Origin: Eledone cirrhosa
Lineage: Eukaryota
DNA length: 64,000 nucleotides
Assembly (NCBI GenBank): GCA_964016885.1
Contig: OZ024740.1
Coordinates: forward strand, 37,696,001 to 37,760,000
Reading direction: 5' to 3'
How positions within the stretch are numbered: position 1 is the first letter of the stretch; the number at the start of each line of letters is the position of its first letter. This document shows positions 62,718 through 64,000 of the stretch, in pieces. Under the pieces are notes generated by a model. The model saw only the letters and a list, made by a program, of their open reading frames with translations, was not told the origin of the DNA and ran no database searches. Made by a program: the position numbers and the translations under genes.

Positions 62718-64000
62718 TTCTAACTTAATACACTACCTATGGTTTTCAAATACCTTTTTTAAATAATCAAGAATTTGAAGGGATTTATAATGAACGTTCT
62801 CATTATTAAGTTGGTGTTTGCAACATATCTTAACAAAGGTTTTTTGTTAAAATTGTGGTGGAAGATTTTAATATAAATACTTTAAAACAAGCAGTTTTGT
62901 ATAAAACCAGAGATGGTATTGAATGGTTAGGAATCAAAAGGGTTAAAATTAACTGTATTAGTCATTTCTTGTTGTCTTTTCAGATTTGATTTTTAGCACA
63001 CAATTTCACACAAGTTTTCATTTAATTTCAAGTTAATTTTTCTAGAAAAATTAATTTTTTCTTTTTCCTTCTGAACTATTCTGAGTTCAATGTTTTTCAC
63101 AATAAAACCCTGGAGCAGTATCAGACATGGGATGTGATTCAGCAGATAGTCAGCGTGATACTTCTTAGCTCTTGATCAACTAATAGCTATCATTATAACA
63201 TATTGATCTACTATAAACCAATGAAAATATAACATACTGATGTACTATAAACAAATGACAATCATTATAACATACAGAAACTGTAGCATTTATTGAATCC
63301 AATACTAACAGCAATTTCACTTCAATATCCAGCCTTCTACTAACTGATATTAAAGTTATTATTTTATTAAACACTAAAACAAACATAAAATTGTTTCCTC
63401 TGAAATGTTAACAAAATATTATGTCTTAGAACTAACTTTTGACATTACTATATGTATTCGAGTAATAGTCAATTGACAAAAAAATCTGAAATTTTCCATA
63501 GACCTTAAATAAAAGTCGACCCTAGTATTTCACAGCTAACAGATCAACATTTGTGGGTCAAGGTATCATCCTGTACATAGAAATAACACTGTTACAAAAT
63601 CATCTGAATTTATGACAAATTTATATTATTGAAAATACATGTCTGAAACTAAAAATTTACTCAAACATGTATTGGTAGTATAACCATAATTCATTGTTTT
63701 GGTTTTTATTTGTTTAGAGATCAGTTGGGCTTCTGCTATTGATATGGTACCATGGTTTCTAGCTTAATTTCAAGCCCCTCAAAGTAGTATCCATGTAATA
63801 GTCGACCACAAAAATGGTCTAAAAAATTCAACTTTACACAAGTATATACAGTATATTTTAGAACTTAACTTTTGAATAAAAGACCTTTTGATAACAGGAA
63901 ATGATTTCTATATTATTGAAAGATCAGAAACAGCTAACCATGCAGTATTGAATGTATTGATACAATTAAGTTTACAAATTTTTCATTAGTAAAAAAAATA

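Noticed and set aside
63100-64000. Searched for the next upstream NOM1 exon
   Set aside because: The candidate acceptor near 63571 leads to early stops and no MIF4G-like peptide; the exon is presumably outside the window.

Overview
AT-rich animal genomic DNA, not prokaryotic. The SINE/RTE repertoire suggests a coleoid cephalopod (inference, no search run). Bases 1-13790 are a 46-bp satellite (~300 units) with nested higher-order duplications; all ORF-track entries there are repeat artefacts. Bases 14-36 kb are mostly decayed transposons: a Penelope-like element (RT + GIY-YIG) with inverted terminal repeats carrying hammerhead ribozymes, a second inverted hammerhead pair, a third hammerhead-like motif, RTE and CR1-type LINE fragments, tRNA-derived SINEs, MITEs and long inverted repeats. 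From ~36.3 kb to the end lies the 3' part of NOM1 (nucleolar MIF4G/MA3 protein) on the minus strand, as 8 phase-compatible GT-AG coding exons. Its introns hold a full-length piggyBac, a young 5'-truncated RTE LINE with a PHD finger inside its RT region, and several minisatellites. The most notable items are the hammerhead-bearing inverted repeats with shared downstream motifs, the PHD-in-RT LINE, a NOM1 3'UTR array apparently amplified from the gene's own stop-codon region, duplicated splice donors, and inverted LINE copies bracketing a 94-nt exon. All homology calls are from recognition of sequence, not database searches.
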